Source: Callorhinchus milii (lineage: Eukaryota). From it: a stretch of DNA of 64,000 nucleotides. The position numbers and the translations under genes were made by a program. Positions 52,701 through 64,000 of the stretch are shown in pieces; within the stretch, counting starts at the first letter, position 1, and each line of letters starts with the position of its first letter. The DNA is taken from positions 6,574,001-6,638,000 of the forward strand of contig NW_024704743.1 in the NCBI RefSeq assembly GCF_018977255.1, given 5' to 3'. A model generated the notes under the pieces. It searched no databases, was not told the DNA's origin, and worked only from the letters and a program-made list of their open reading frames with translations.

Positions 52701-53178
52701 CTCCCACCCTCGCCCGACTCCACTGGCTCCCCATCCCTCAGAGGATCGAATTCAAGATTCTCGTCCTCACTTTCGAGGCCATCCATGGCCTTGCCCCCTC
52801 CTACCTCTTTGACCTGCTGACTCCATACCAACGTGCCCGCTCCCTCTGTTCAGCGGGCTCCGACCTGCTCCATGTTTCCCGCCCAACCCGCCCTACCATC
52901 GGTGGCCGGGCTTTCAGCCTCTCTGCCCCCACACTCGGGAACTCCATCCCACAGTCCCTTTGCCTCGCTTCTTCCCTCGCCTCCTTCAAGGCCGGTCTCA
53001 AGATCCTTCTCTTCGACCATGCCTTTGGTCTCCCTCCCACCTCTCTGTCTTCCCTCACCCCTACTCCACCGCTCCCCCATGCTCGGGCCCCGACACCTGA
53101 CTGTTCAGCGCCTTGGGACATTCTCCCGACGTGAAAGGCGCTCTATAAATGTAATCTTGTTGTTGTTGTTGTTGTTGT
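49730..53178 (+). mobile_element. Near-full-length L2-clade LINE, APE endonuclease + RT, frameshifted pseudo-ORF
   Basis: APE motifs: IDIMALTETW, GVALI, LYQPP, ILGDFNLH, THVHGHPLDLVI, SDHH. RT motifs: [66 protein letters not shown]-terminus [15 protein letters not shown]; tail gtgaaaggcgctctataaatgtaatc(ttg)n. Confidence 0.95.
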
Positions 53179-53302
53179 CGGATTTACCAGATCAATGACT
53201 GAATTAACAAGCATATTTAAAACAAGTAAGAATACACATGAATCAGTATCGGGCATTTTGTTCGATTTACCCGACATCCGGCTAAAGCGGCTTCCACTCT
53301 AT
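53179..53302. mobile_element. Putative right end of the TcMar/Tigger-like element
   Basis: CpG-rich ttcgatttacccgacatccggctaaagcggcttccactcta resembling a Tigger-type terminus. Confidence 0.4.
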
Positions 53303-54484
53303 TCCCTTTTGAGAAGACATAAATTAAACCGTTCCCGCAGGAACCATGCTAAAGCCTCACCTAAAACTTAAATTAAGCCAATGTTACAAGACAGCATACA
53401 TTGTGTACTAGAAGATTTGTTAATGGAAGTTTATCTGGAGACTGTTAAATGTTCATCACAAGAAATAGATATGTAGCTAATAACCATTCCATTGCTTGGC
53501 TGTTAAAGGAAAAATTGGTTGATCTAGATGGATCACTTGGACCTCTAATAATAGATCCCTCTTGTAGCAGATTGAAAATAAAGTTGGTACTGGGACATTG
53601 AGAATGAATGTTCACTGGTCAATAAAAACATCCTCCCACCCACACATGAGATGGTAGAAAATGCTGATCTGGCGAGGTTACAAAAAGCAATATTATGGTG
53701 TTCCCAGTAACACCAGCAGGTCTATTTCAAATAATTCTATATCAAAAAAATGTTTCAGGTCCTTTCACAATATTGTACCCTCCACTCTCCTGAATCTTGT
53801 TTATTTCACTCTCTCCTCACTTTGTTCCACTATTGACGGCTGAGTCTTCAGTCACAATCAATGCACCTGTCCTGTGGAACTCTCTTCTAAAACCAATTTA
53901 ATTTGTTATATCTCCTCAAGAAAAATCTCTTTGATCGTGCCTTAGTCAACAACTTTAAATTATTCATTTTCCGGCTAAATGTCCAATACTACTTTTTGTC
54001 AAGAGCTTTGAACCAAATGTGGTACATATGTCACCTATGATACCACATTATTGGAAATGGCGTCCCATCACTGGCTCAGTCGCTGTTTGATGCTCACCCT
54101 CCAAATGTCAAAATCTCACCTTACCTCATGGCATGATAATTCACAGAATATCAGTTTAAGTTAACTATAAAAGTTAACATGCATATTCCTAATACAAGTT
54201 AGACATGGTACTTGGTGGTGATATCCTCTAAGGTTAGAGAACTACTTTATCAGCCAACTTTTGTCGAAGAGCAATAGAACAATGAAAGCAGATCAAGTTT
54301 CTTTATAATGTACAGAAAGGTAAAGTATATGCATCTCTGAATGATATCTAAATAAAAAGTAACACCATTAAGTGTAAAGTATTACCTGCAAGTAGACATT
54401 AGTGAGGAATAAGCATCTAATGAATGAAACTGAGTTACCACAATAATAATGTTGCAAATATTACCAATGAACAATTTGTCTCAC

Positions 54485-54631
54485 CTTGCATTTAGTTTCA
54501 TCTGTGTCCAATAGATTAATCAGAACCTCTAAGCCACCCACATCTCGGATGGCTAATTGGCATGTTTCATTAGTCAAGTTGAAATCCCTCATCGAACACA
54601 ATGCAATAATGGTAGCCGTTTGGTTACCACC
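54485..54631 (-). CDS. ODAD2: ODAD2/ARMC4 internal coding exon (147 nt, phase 0-0), first exon in the window
   Basis: Minus strand reads ttttcag|GGT GGT AAC...TGC AAG|gtgag and translates as [49 protein letters not shown]. This matches the vertebrate ARMC4 armadillo region as I recall it. Confidence 0.96.
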
Positions 54632-55979
54632 CTGAAATTAGTATTGACAACAAAATTAGACACATCAAAAATAACTTTATAGCACACTCTTATGTTCAAA
54701 CACCTTAGTAAACAAATTAAAACTTTCCAAGTGACAATTATTCATTTTGAACCTACGTATTCAATCACAAAATTTTGAAAAAGATAAATATTCTAAACCT
54801 CTGTTAGCATGCGTTTCTCAACATCGGTAACACAGATTTCTTAAGTAGTTTTAAATAGGTACGGTATCCAATCAAAGCAACTTTTTGAGATAAAAAACTG
54901 TTTTGGATTTGTATATTGATGATATACATAATCATAATGGTATTTTAATATATTTAAAATTGCTGAATGTTTCCATTGTACAATATCACCCTTTTCATAT
55001 CTGCAAAGCCAAACATTTTCTACTCTATGCTGAGAATTTTTATTAGCTTTGACTTATAACTTATGTAGGTTCAGCAAAATAAATACTATTTCTTTTCAAC
55101 AACAATGTAGATTTGTACCTTTAGGGATTCAAAGCAGGTGGCTGAAATAGCAGGTCCTATTGTTATCAAATATATTAATATGATCAACTGACGTATTCCA
55201 AATTCTGAAGCAACTCCTTTGCTTCCCTATAACTGAATTCAAATCCAGATGTGACCCTTTCTTGGTGTAATTTAAACAGGGTTCAGCAACACTGCAACCA
55301 TTTGGCTGCCCGCACAATATTTATAAATTGAGGGATATTATTGAGCAAGTTATAAAGGGATTTAGGGCTCAGTATTTGTGGTGAAAATTTAAACGAAAAT
55401 TATATTTTGTGCCAATTCATTTTTTAAATCATGTGTGAAGATCAATCTATGAGAGTTTTGAAATAAACCACAATAAAATGTAATTCATATCTTTAGAAAC
55501 AAACATTTGATGGGTTAACATGATTGTTGGTACCACAAATGGTTGTTGCCTTTAATGATCTTATTAACCAGTCAAACAACATCACTCCAAGAAGCATCCA
55601 GTTTCTACCCCATGTGAAATTAAAGAAAAACTTACATGAGATTATTAGGGACTTTAAAATCTGATAATTTAGACAAAAATAAATTCTTCTGGCACCCGAG
55701 CAATCATATTTTATGGCCTAAAATTATGTGCAGATTCAACTACAATGTAAGCCACTTTGCAAATAAAAGATTTTTCTTTCTACACACTACTGTAAAAAGA
55801 TGTTAAGATAGAAATTCATAAAATGATCTGTGCCATTTCAGTGATTAACACATTCACTGAGAATAATTTGTAGTTTGGAGGGCAGTGCAGTTTGTACAGT
55901 TAAAGCAAGACGAGCACAGATCATGCAGATGAGTTAAAACATCAGAAATAAAATCTTCGTAAGCCTGGTACGTGGCATT

Positions 55980-56786
55980 GCACTGGGACTACAAGAACAT
56001 CAAGGTGGCTAGCATGTCACAAGCTGTCCTGTAAAGGTCCTCCCACCACACTGAAGGCAGATGCCCGTCAAGATAACTAATGAGGAAACTCTGAGGCTTG
56101 GAGCAACAGCTGCTGGAAGGTGTTCCCTGGAGTCCGAGTTCGTGAACACACGTTCGTACGTCCAGCGTCAAGAATCCACCTTGATTGGCCTGCAGAGAGA
56201 CAAGCAGCTGCTGCTTAAACTCCGAAACTCAAACTCGCTCTATGAGAAGGGATCTGTACCCGAGCTGCGGACAGGAAGATGGTCGCAATGCTCTCATGCA
56301 TTTCATGCTGTGCTGCGTTACCCACCATACAGCTTGCAGGGAGTTCCTTGTACCTACCATCCACCTAGTGAGGGCTCAAACCCACGATTGTCGAATGTCG
56401 AACGGCCAACTAGTGATTATCCTCCATGGGGAGGGAGAGAGTTAAGCGGGGTCTCCTTGGAGCTGAACTGGCTCCACGGTGATATATATGCCTGGCAAAA
56501 TAATGTCAGAATTGAGCCAGCCCTCATCCAACTCAGCCCATTTAGATAGCTGATGAGAAAACTCTGGAGCAACAGCTGCTGGAAGGTGTTCCCTGGAGTC
56601 CGAGTTCGTGAACGCACAACCCTACAAGCCAAAGCCATAACAGGTAGAGTGGTCCTAGCTGTGCAAGCAGCAAGAAAGCTTGCCGGACTGCAATATCAAT
56701 GGCAAGTTATGCGGTTTTAGCAGGTTAAACTCCAGCAGATACCCCAACGCATATCTGGGGTCCCCAAGCCTTGGCTTTTGGCAACC
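55980..56786 (+). mobile_element. 3' part of an unclassified non-LTR retrotransposon: degenerate CCHC knuckle plus start of 3'UTR
   Basis: Frame fragments LLLKLRNS and YPSCGQEDGRNALMHFMLCC...REFL (C-x2-C...H-x4-C like, with the first Cys lost), followed by the repeat seen five more times in the window. Confidence 0.55.
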
Positions 56787-57904
56787 TAAGAACATAAGAA
56801 TTAGAAGCAGGAGTAGGCCATTCGGCCCCTCTAGCCTGCCCCGCCATTCAATAAGATCATGGCTGGTCTATTCTAACTTCACCTACCTGCCTTATCCCGA
56901 TAGCCCTTTATCCCTTATCCACAAGACATCTATCAATTTCAGTCTTGAATATGTTCAAGGACTGAGCATCTACAGGCCTTTGGGGTAGAGAATTCCATAA
57001 ACTCACTATCCTTTGAGTGAAGAAGTTTTTTCTCACCTCAGTGCGAAAGGGCTTACCCCTAATTTTAATAATAATAATAATAATAATAATACTCTTGTAT
57101 TCTAACCCCTTTGTAACAAATGACAACATACCGTTAGCCTTCCTAATCGCTTGCTGTACCTGCAAACTAACTTTTCGTGACTGGTGTACAAGGACACTCA
57201 AGTCCTTCTGAACGCTAACACTATCTAGTCTCTCCCCTTCTAAAAAATAATCTGTGCTACTGTTTTTGCCACCACCGAGGATGACATTAAAAAAATGTAA
57301 CGAGATATAGATAGGCTAGGTAAGTGGGCAAATAGGTGGCAGATGAAGTATAATGTAGGGAAGTGTGAAGTCATCCACCTAGGTACTCTCCCTCCTAGTT
57401 AAGTGTCATCCATGAATTTGGATATATTAAGTTCGATGTCCTCATCCTCGTTGATGTAGATTGTAAATAGTTGAGGCCCAAGCACTGATCCTTGTGGTAC
57501 TCCACTAGTCACATCCTGCCAATCTGAGAAGGACCCGTTTATCCCTACTCCTTGTTTTCTTCCCGTTAGCCATTCTTCAATCCATGCTGATATATTCCCC
57601 TTAATTCCATGGGCCCTAATCTTGTGGATCAATCTTTTATGCGGCACCTTATCGAATGCCTTTTGGAAATCTAAATACACTACATCCACTGATTCTCCCC
57701 TATCTAATCTACTTGATATGTCCTCAAAAAAATCTAAAAGATTTGTTAAGCATGACTTCCCTTTTGTAAAGCCATGTTGACTCTGTCTAATCATATTGTG
57801 GTCCTCTAAGTATCCCACTACAACATCCTTAATTAAGGATTCTAGAATTTTCCCTACCACCGATATCAGACGAACTGGTCTATAGTTCCCCATCTTTTCT
57901 CTCT
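56787..57904 (-). mobile_element. CR1 LINE (RT region to 3' end) with an internal inversion and a deletion
   Basis: ORF 57399..57893 (GNYRPV...QHGFTKGKSCLTNL...YLDFQKAFDKVPH...[14 protein letters not shown]...KFMDDT), ORF 56908..57201, and tail taagaacataagaa. Confidence 0.95.
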
Positions 57905-58084
57905 CACCCTTACCAAAATTAGGTAAGCAGGATGCGTCCTTCCAGGGAGAAAGTGCATTTCAACAATCTATCTCTGGGATTTCCATGTGTAGGTGGGATG
58001 CATGGAAATCTCCGTTTGGTTTGGAACCTCTTAAGCATGGTGATGGGTTTTCATATGTGTCAGACACCCAGCTGACCAAAAAAA
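57905..58084 (+). repeat. Resumed 3' end of the unclassified element after the CR1 insertion
   Basis: cacccttaccaaaattaggtaagcaggatgc...gtgtcagacacccagctgaccaaaaaaa. Confidence 0.75.
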
Positions 58085-59232
58085 TATTTTATGTTGATTA
58101 ACTCCTGCATATTTCCTCAAATAAAGTAGTTATTAGCAAGTAAGTTCTGGATAGCTACCCCGGTGTTGTGTGGATCTACCACAGTTTTGAACACATAAGT
58201 GATACCCCAAAGATAGCAATATTTTTAGTGCTGTTTGCAGATCAAGAATGAAAGCATTTTATGTGACGCATTGAATTCCTGTGGTATATGATAAGGCTCT
58301 ATAAAAATTAAAGTTTTTTTTTCTATGGGCACATATGTTTTTACATATGTATCTTTTTAGACTCTTTGACTCTTAAAATTCTGAACAGTATGATTTGCTG
58401 ACTAAACGTCCAATGGATTAATGTTCCTTTTATAAACTATAAGTTACACCACAAATATAGGTAGTTTATCAAATGGAGGAGAATAAAATGCACTGACCTA
58501 CCATGGTCAATAAATGTAACAATAGTCAGAAAATTACTTTTTCAGAGTGTAGCGATCACATTCAAACAATGATTGGTCAACAATTGCAATGAAATTTTTA
58601 CAATACAATTTGGATGTACTGTATATGGAAACCACATTTTAGCACCCTTTGATTTAGTGCAGCCTTGCTTACATCTTGGGTTCCCTGTGGACCCACGCTA
58701 GAAGTACAGTACTTGAGTTTATCAATCAACACTTCATACCTCGATTTTCTCTAAGACATTAATGCCTATTCCACTCCTCCAAACAGCTGATTGAAACACT
58801 AACCGTATTTTCTATACTAAAATCTTAACATAAATATGTTGCTCTTCTCCCCACAGTCTCACCTCAGCCACTCTTAAGAGGCCATTTGTATTCAGTACTT
58901 GACCTGTTTTGGATATACCCCAAATATCCTTGCTACTACTTGTGTCCGTTACAATTTGTTTTCCCAATGTTCTCCTTTTAGATTTTGATTTTTTTGAATA
59001 AACTTTCTTAGGTTATTTTAGAAGATTTTGTTCTTCCTTCGTGCTTACACATTCACAACCTACATCTAGAAAAAATGGCTAAAATAGCTACTTTATTCGT
59101 CCTTCACAATGTTCTTCTCTAGCTGACTGCCCAGACCAACAGCAGCAGTTATACTTTTTCCATTTATTCACGACTTCAATCCTTTTTAGTTGACACCAAA
59201 AGTTGCTTCTGTGACCTTGGGGCTCTCTGCCT

Positions 59233-59447
59233 GTAATCCCTCCAAAACCAAAAACAATAATAAATTGGTCATTTTCAATCTACAATCCCACAATGTCTGT
59301 GGGACATTGCTGTGCGCAATTGGCTGCCGCGTTCGCCCACAAATATACAGTCAATTCACTTTACAGTGTGTTCTGTGAAGCGCTTTGGGACGTCCTCCCG
59401 ACGTGAAAAACGCTATTTCAAATGCAAGGATTATTATTATTATTATA
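59233..59447 (+). mobile_element. SINE 3' half
   Basis: Very similar to 22259-22490. Confidence 0.9.
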
Positions 59448-59559
59448 TTACTTACTGCTAGGTAAACAGAGGCGTGTGGAGAAAGGAAACTTACCTGAGG
59501 TTTTGATAACAATCAGGTACTGATAACAATCAACAATTGGGACTAATGCCCCTTGTATC

Positions 59560-60200
59560 TTCCAATCAATGCTTTCAATGTCTTCTCTTGAGCTGTGCAG
59601 AACCATTATTCAACATTTGGGGGACCCACTATTATATCCTTCTGGGTGGCCAAGTGTTGAAGATGGCAGGTGCAGCTCAAAAGGTCCCCAGGTGAGTCCT
59701 CCAGTAGCACAATATTGTCCACAAACAGAAGCGCCCCAATCCTGTCAGAGAGGTCTGAAACAGATACACTAAGTCTGTCCTCCTCAGTGCCATCCAACAC
59801 TTCGTTGATGAATAAATCGAATAGAGTGGTTAACAATGGGCAGTGTTGCCTTACAAGTTGGGATGTAATCTTGTGCACAATTTTTATGCACTCTCCTTAC
59901 ATAGATCTTAGAGCAGGAATACACATTCTGGATAAAATCCAAGATTTACCCATATATTTTCAGTCTCATCATGAGGCTTCATACGGCTTTAGGTTGAACG
60001 CAAGGTAGGTGGGTTTTCCTTTAACCTGAAGACATTGTGATCTCATACAAAGCCACAAGCTGCCCTTCACATTCTGGATGAGAAGGGCAGCTAACCTGTT
60101 CCTTTCTGAAGAAACCACGAGCCTCTGATGGGTATGATACAAGTCCAGTGAATACCCAAATTGGGGTCTAAAATTCACAAACTGGATGTCTCTGTGTTAA
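59560..60200 (-). mobile_element. Degenerate non-LTR reverse transcriptase fragment, not CR1/L2
   Basis: ORF 59606..59878 (VRQHCPLLTTLFDLFINEVL...RIGALLFVDNIVLL) is RQGCPLSP/FADD-like. ORF 59969..60178 has NFRP...GKPTYLAFNLKPYE. Confidence 0.7.
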
Positions 60201-60467
60201 TTGTAGCTTCTGGCTTGCAAATGAAATTGTGCACAAGATTACAAGATTGGTCTGGATGACGAAGACCATCCAATCTCATCCCTCCAGAACACCTACCCTA
60301 CCATCACTGCATCAAGCTGCTTTTCAAATGATGCAATTCACTAACAAACTCAATAATACATTTGATATATATTTGACTGGATTTGTAGGCAAATTCAGCA
60401 GTCAATGTGCACATAATATTTTCCCACAAACAATGATGAAGTGAATGACCAATAATCTCCCTATTCA

Positions 60468-60735
60468 AATAATAATCCTTGCATTTGATGTAGCGCCTTT
60501 CACATCAAACCACTTCGCAGGATTGTATAGTTACTGTATTTTGAAGGGAAACACGGCATCCAAGTTGTGCACAGCAATGTTTCACAAACAGTCATGAAAT
60601 GAATGACCAATTTTATCTGGGGATTGTTGACCAGAAGCCTGGAATGTGAGTACAAAGTCCCAACGAGGAGCTGAAACCCACAATTTTGGAGCTTGGAGGC
60701 AAGAGAATCACCCACTTGAGTTAGACTGACACCTG
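60468..60735 (-). mobile_element. SacSINE1-like SINE, internally deleted
   Basis: Tail, body and a degenerate head (gaggcaagagaatcacccacttgagttagactgaca). Confidence 0.7.
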
Positions 60736-62762
60736 CCATTCTATCTGAATGGGGGAACAATAACCCCTAAAGTCTCCAAAACCATAAAAATAGAAAAATC
60801 AGAAATAAATCAATTTCAATCCTCTCCTATTAATATTTGTAGTTTGGACAAATTATGTCTCCAATGACAGCCGTTCTGTTAAAAGCTCTTGGGTATTCAA
60901 TTAGCAATGTTTGTCACACTCTGCGGCTCAGATTAAATGTGTCTTGTTTGCAGCCAAACAAAGTTCGCAGAGCTCAGTTGAGGAAGTGTGGAGCTCTTCT
61001 CAAACCCTAGCAAGAGTAAACAAGAGTGGAAAATATGAATCAGGCTTTCCCTCCCATTCACTGTGCTGTTGGAAATGGTATTACACCACTTCCAAAATAT
61101 AAAAGTGGCATACGTTTCCCATCAGAATTTTTGTATTAATAAAACTAAAGCATTCGTGTTCAAGACATTTACTACCAGCTGGATTTGGCAATATTCTAAA
61201 TGCAGATTACTGAATGTGCTCATAAATTTTATTTTGTTTTACATTACAAATGCAGAAAAGTATGAGGAAATCATGAATCTTCCGAGTCAAATTCTACATT
61301 ATATTTTCTTTAAGATAAATTCTCAAAATTAGGCTACATATGGTTCTTGAATGATATCTGCCTGTCTTTATGGTAAAATGTTTGAACTGAAGCAGGTTGA
61401 AGGACTTACCAGACATGGACACTAACCTCTAACCTTTTCTGTTTATTCCATTGAAAATGTCAGTCTCACTTTCAAATATATGACTAATTTATAGCTATGA
61501 GAACATTAAAACATGATTTGTGAAACAAAAACAAGGGTTCTGCCCATCTGAATTCTTGTTAACCAGAAAATTTAATTTTTAAGAAAGCAATGGATATAGC
61601 ACATAAAATTACTTGCAGAAATCCAAAATGAATAAGAATAGAAATAATATTAGTATTGATACACATATAAATATTCCAGATCTTACCCTGAAGTTATCAC
61701 AGTTAGAATTTCACATAAGAATGCAAAGTTTTCAAAGCAATCATGGAGATGATATCCAGGATGAAGAGTTTCAGTTAAGACACTTGAGGAATTTGTTTTT
61801 TCACTAGAGCTGAGAAGGTTAAGGTGGGACCTGATACAGGTCTTAAATGTTAATAATGGTAAAGAGTAACAAAAGAATTAAAGAGAAAAAAGATATCAGA
61901 AAGTTTTTTTTGTAGAGATGGTTGGAACTATCTGTCACAAACGGGTTGAAGCAGAGTATAAATTCTTTAAAGGGAATTAGAGAGTCAGAGTAGCAACAAT
62001 TTTACATACATACGAACATACAGATGAACAAGAATATGTGATATATGCCTCAACTGTAGGCATAAATGTGAATTAATATCTTGGAAATTCATCACTGTTT
62101 TAGGAAATTTCGTGTTTTAGTGCTCTGAGATGCTCCCTCCCCAGCATGAAAGGCGCTATATGAATGTAAGTTGTTGATTCAAATGGAGACTAAAAATCAG
62201 AAGCTGCAGCTACTAGCTTGTCACTATAAATTAATATCTCAAAGACGTGATAAGGCGCTAATATCAAATGCAAGGATTATTATTATTATTCAGTGTGTAG
62301 TGATTTTTGGTTAGCTCTTAATCATAAATAGTACCTTTCTACAATTCAAAATCTGAGTAACTGCATACTTTTACTTCCTAAAGTTCACAATCCCTATTAT
62401 TTAACTTCAATACGGATATCTAGATGTTGACTGAGCCAAACTCCCCTCAAATTGATTAATTATGTTATATCAATTCCTAATGTTTATGTAATTAAGGAAA
62501 CATAATAACTAATACAGATAAATATCATTATCTAATAATGGATTTTTCCCTCAGGAACAATTTAACAAAAAACTCTCTTTCTCATATTAATCTAATTGTC
62601 CTCATTTAACTAGCCACAATCGTTTTGACAAGAAAACCATATTATGATACACATAATCTGATTATTACAATCATATTATATTTATTATTATTATAATTTA
62701 ATGTTGGTTTATACCTATGCAAACAAATACCTTCAAGCTAGATGTGTGCTTCACTAGATTTC

Positions 62763-63128
62763 ATAATAATCATCCTTGCATTTGATATATCACGTCTTCT
62801 AGATGTCTCAAAACGCTTCACAGATTATACTGTAAAGTGAATTGACTGTATATTTTGTGGGTGAAACATGGCAGACAATTGCGCACAGGAGTGTCCCACA
62901 AACAGTCGGGTTTAAGTGACCGAATTATTATTATTTTATTTATTTATACATATTTTCTTTAAAGGATTATTACTCCCAGAAAAGCGATCGGCAATCAACG
63001 GACAACCAGGGTCCTTCTTACTGCAAGGTAAACAAAAGCGTGTGGAGTAAAGAAACTTGACCAACGTTTCGCCCTGCCTGGGGATCGAATCCAGGTCCTC
63101 TCGCTTGCGAGGCGAGAGCTCTAACCAC
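62763..63128 (-). mobile_element. tRNA-headed SINE, long form
   Basis: Runs from tail to head (gatcgaatccaggtcctctcgcttgcgaggcgagagctctaaccac). Confidence 0.9.
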
Positions 63129-63247
63129 ATTAATGCTTTTGTGCCCTATTCACACATTTATGACCTATAGTTTAGTTTGATAGGTGAATGATTTAAAAAT
63201 GTTGGTGGAGCCACATAAGCAAAGGCTAACACAAAGGTTGATATAAT

Positions 63248-63504
63248 GATAAATAATATAATAATCCTTGCGTATCACATCTTATCATGTCTTTGAGATG
63301 TCTCAAAATGAATTGACTGTATATTTTGTGGGCGAAACGTACCAACCAATTGCACACAGCAGTGTCCCACGAACAGTCGTGGATTGAGTGACCAAATTAT
63401 TTTTGGCATGTGGAGTAAGAAAACTTGCCCAACATTTCGCCTTGCCAGGAATCGAACCCAGGTCCTCTCGATTGCAAGGCGAGTGCTCTAAGCTACAGGA
63501 CTCC
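63248..63504 (-). mobile_element. tRNA-headed SINE with internal deletions
   Basis: Tail, body and head ending gctacaggactcc. Confidence 0.88.
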
Positions 63505-63904
63505 GTGTAACTTGGCAGTGAGTGAGTTGGCTCAGGGTTGCTACCACTCCAACCTCTAAAATAGTTATGGTCTGAATCAATGATTCTCAGTGCAGGTAAA
63601 TCAGTGCAGCTTTTCCATTTTCTTATAGTATTTTGTTTTGACTACACTATAGAGTACAAGTAAGTACTGCTTTCATTTTGAATATTCTGTGCACATGATT
63701 GAAAGCTGAAGAGCTGAATGAAGCCAACAGACATATGCTAAGCACAGGAAGAATGAAGCCCAAAAGAGCGCATAGGCACGTGAACTGCCATTTATTCTGC
63801 TTGACTCTGGAACAAGAAACGCTCATCTATGCAACTGTTGCTGTTCTAAAGTAAATTCATATCATATTTTAACAATATACATATATCTTACCGTATTATT
63901 ATTA

Positions 63905-64000
63905 TACATCCTCATTTATGAGCTCAAAGCCTAAGTTGAAGTCCAGTGCAGCATTGGAGGAATGCTGTATTGTCTAAGGTGCAATCTTTCAGATGAGATG
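63905..64000 (+). mobile_element. SacSINE1/DeuSINE-like fragment cut by the window end
   Basis: ccagtgcagcattggaggaatgctg...tctttcagatgagatg. Confidence 0.65.

Noticed and set aside
50792..53134. ORFs up to 254 aa as an intact RT gene
   Set aside because: They are frameshifted pieces of one dead L2 ORF.
56099..56613. Direct repeats as a CRISPR array or LTR pair
   Set aside because: Only two units, a eukaryotic context, and no TG...CA ends, primer-binding site or cas genes.
54632..64000. Search for the preceding ODAD2 exon (...YWQIQKLVKYLK)
   Set aside because: Not found. Donor-like cttac sites near 61407 and 63887 are not followed by matching coding sequence, so the exon is probably beyond the window.

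Overview
This is eukaryotic vertebrate genomic DNA, very probably from a cartilaginous fish. The repeat content (tRNA-headed SINEs with L2-type tails, SacSINE1/DeuSINE-like SINEs, L2, CR1 and Penelope-like remnants) fits a chondrichthyan, possibly a holocephalan; this is inference. The whole window appears to lie inside one minus-strand gene, ODAD2 (ARMC4, the armadillo-repeat outer dynein arm docking subunit). Seven internal coding exons (54485-54631, 48648-48857, 47672-47908, 46702-46812, 46266-46420, 40557-40799, 28188-28302) all have GT-AG boundaries and splice in frame to 1218 nt (406 aa) with no stop. The neighbouring exons were not found, so the flanking introns run off both window ends. 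The rest is intron full of TE relics. These include a near-full-length degenerate L2 LINE (~49730-53178) that seems nested in a TcMar/Tigger-like element, a pogo/Tigger transposase relic, and a CR1 with an internal inversion and a microsatellite-patched deletion. There is also a ~300-bp Penelope-like palindrome with a hammerhead-like motif on each strand, and an unclassified non-LTR family (CCHC C-terminus, 3'UTR copied six times, and a separate non-CR1/L2 RT relic). I found no prokaryotic systems, CRISPR arrays or real RNA genes, and I cannot claim a demonstrably new biological system. Repeat boundaries were read by eye and are approximate.
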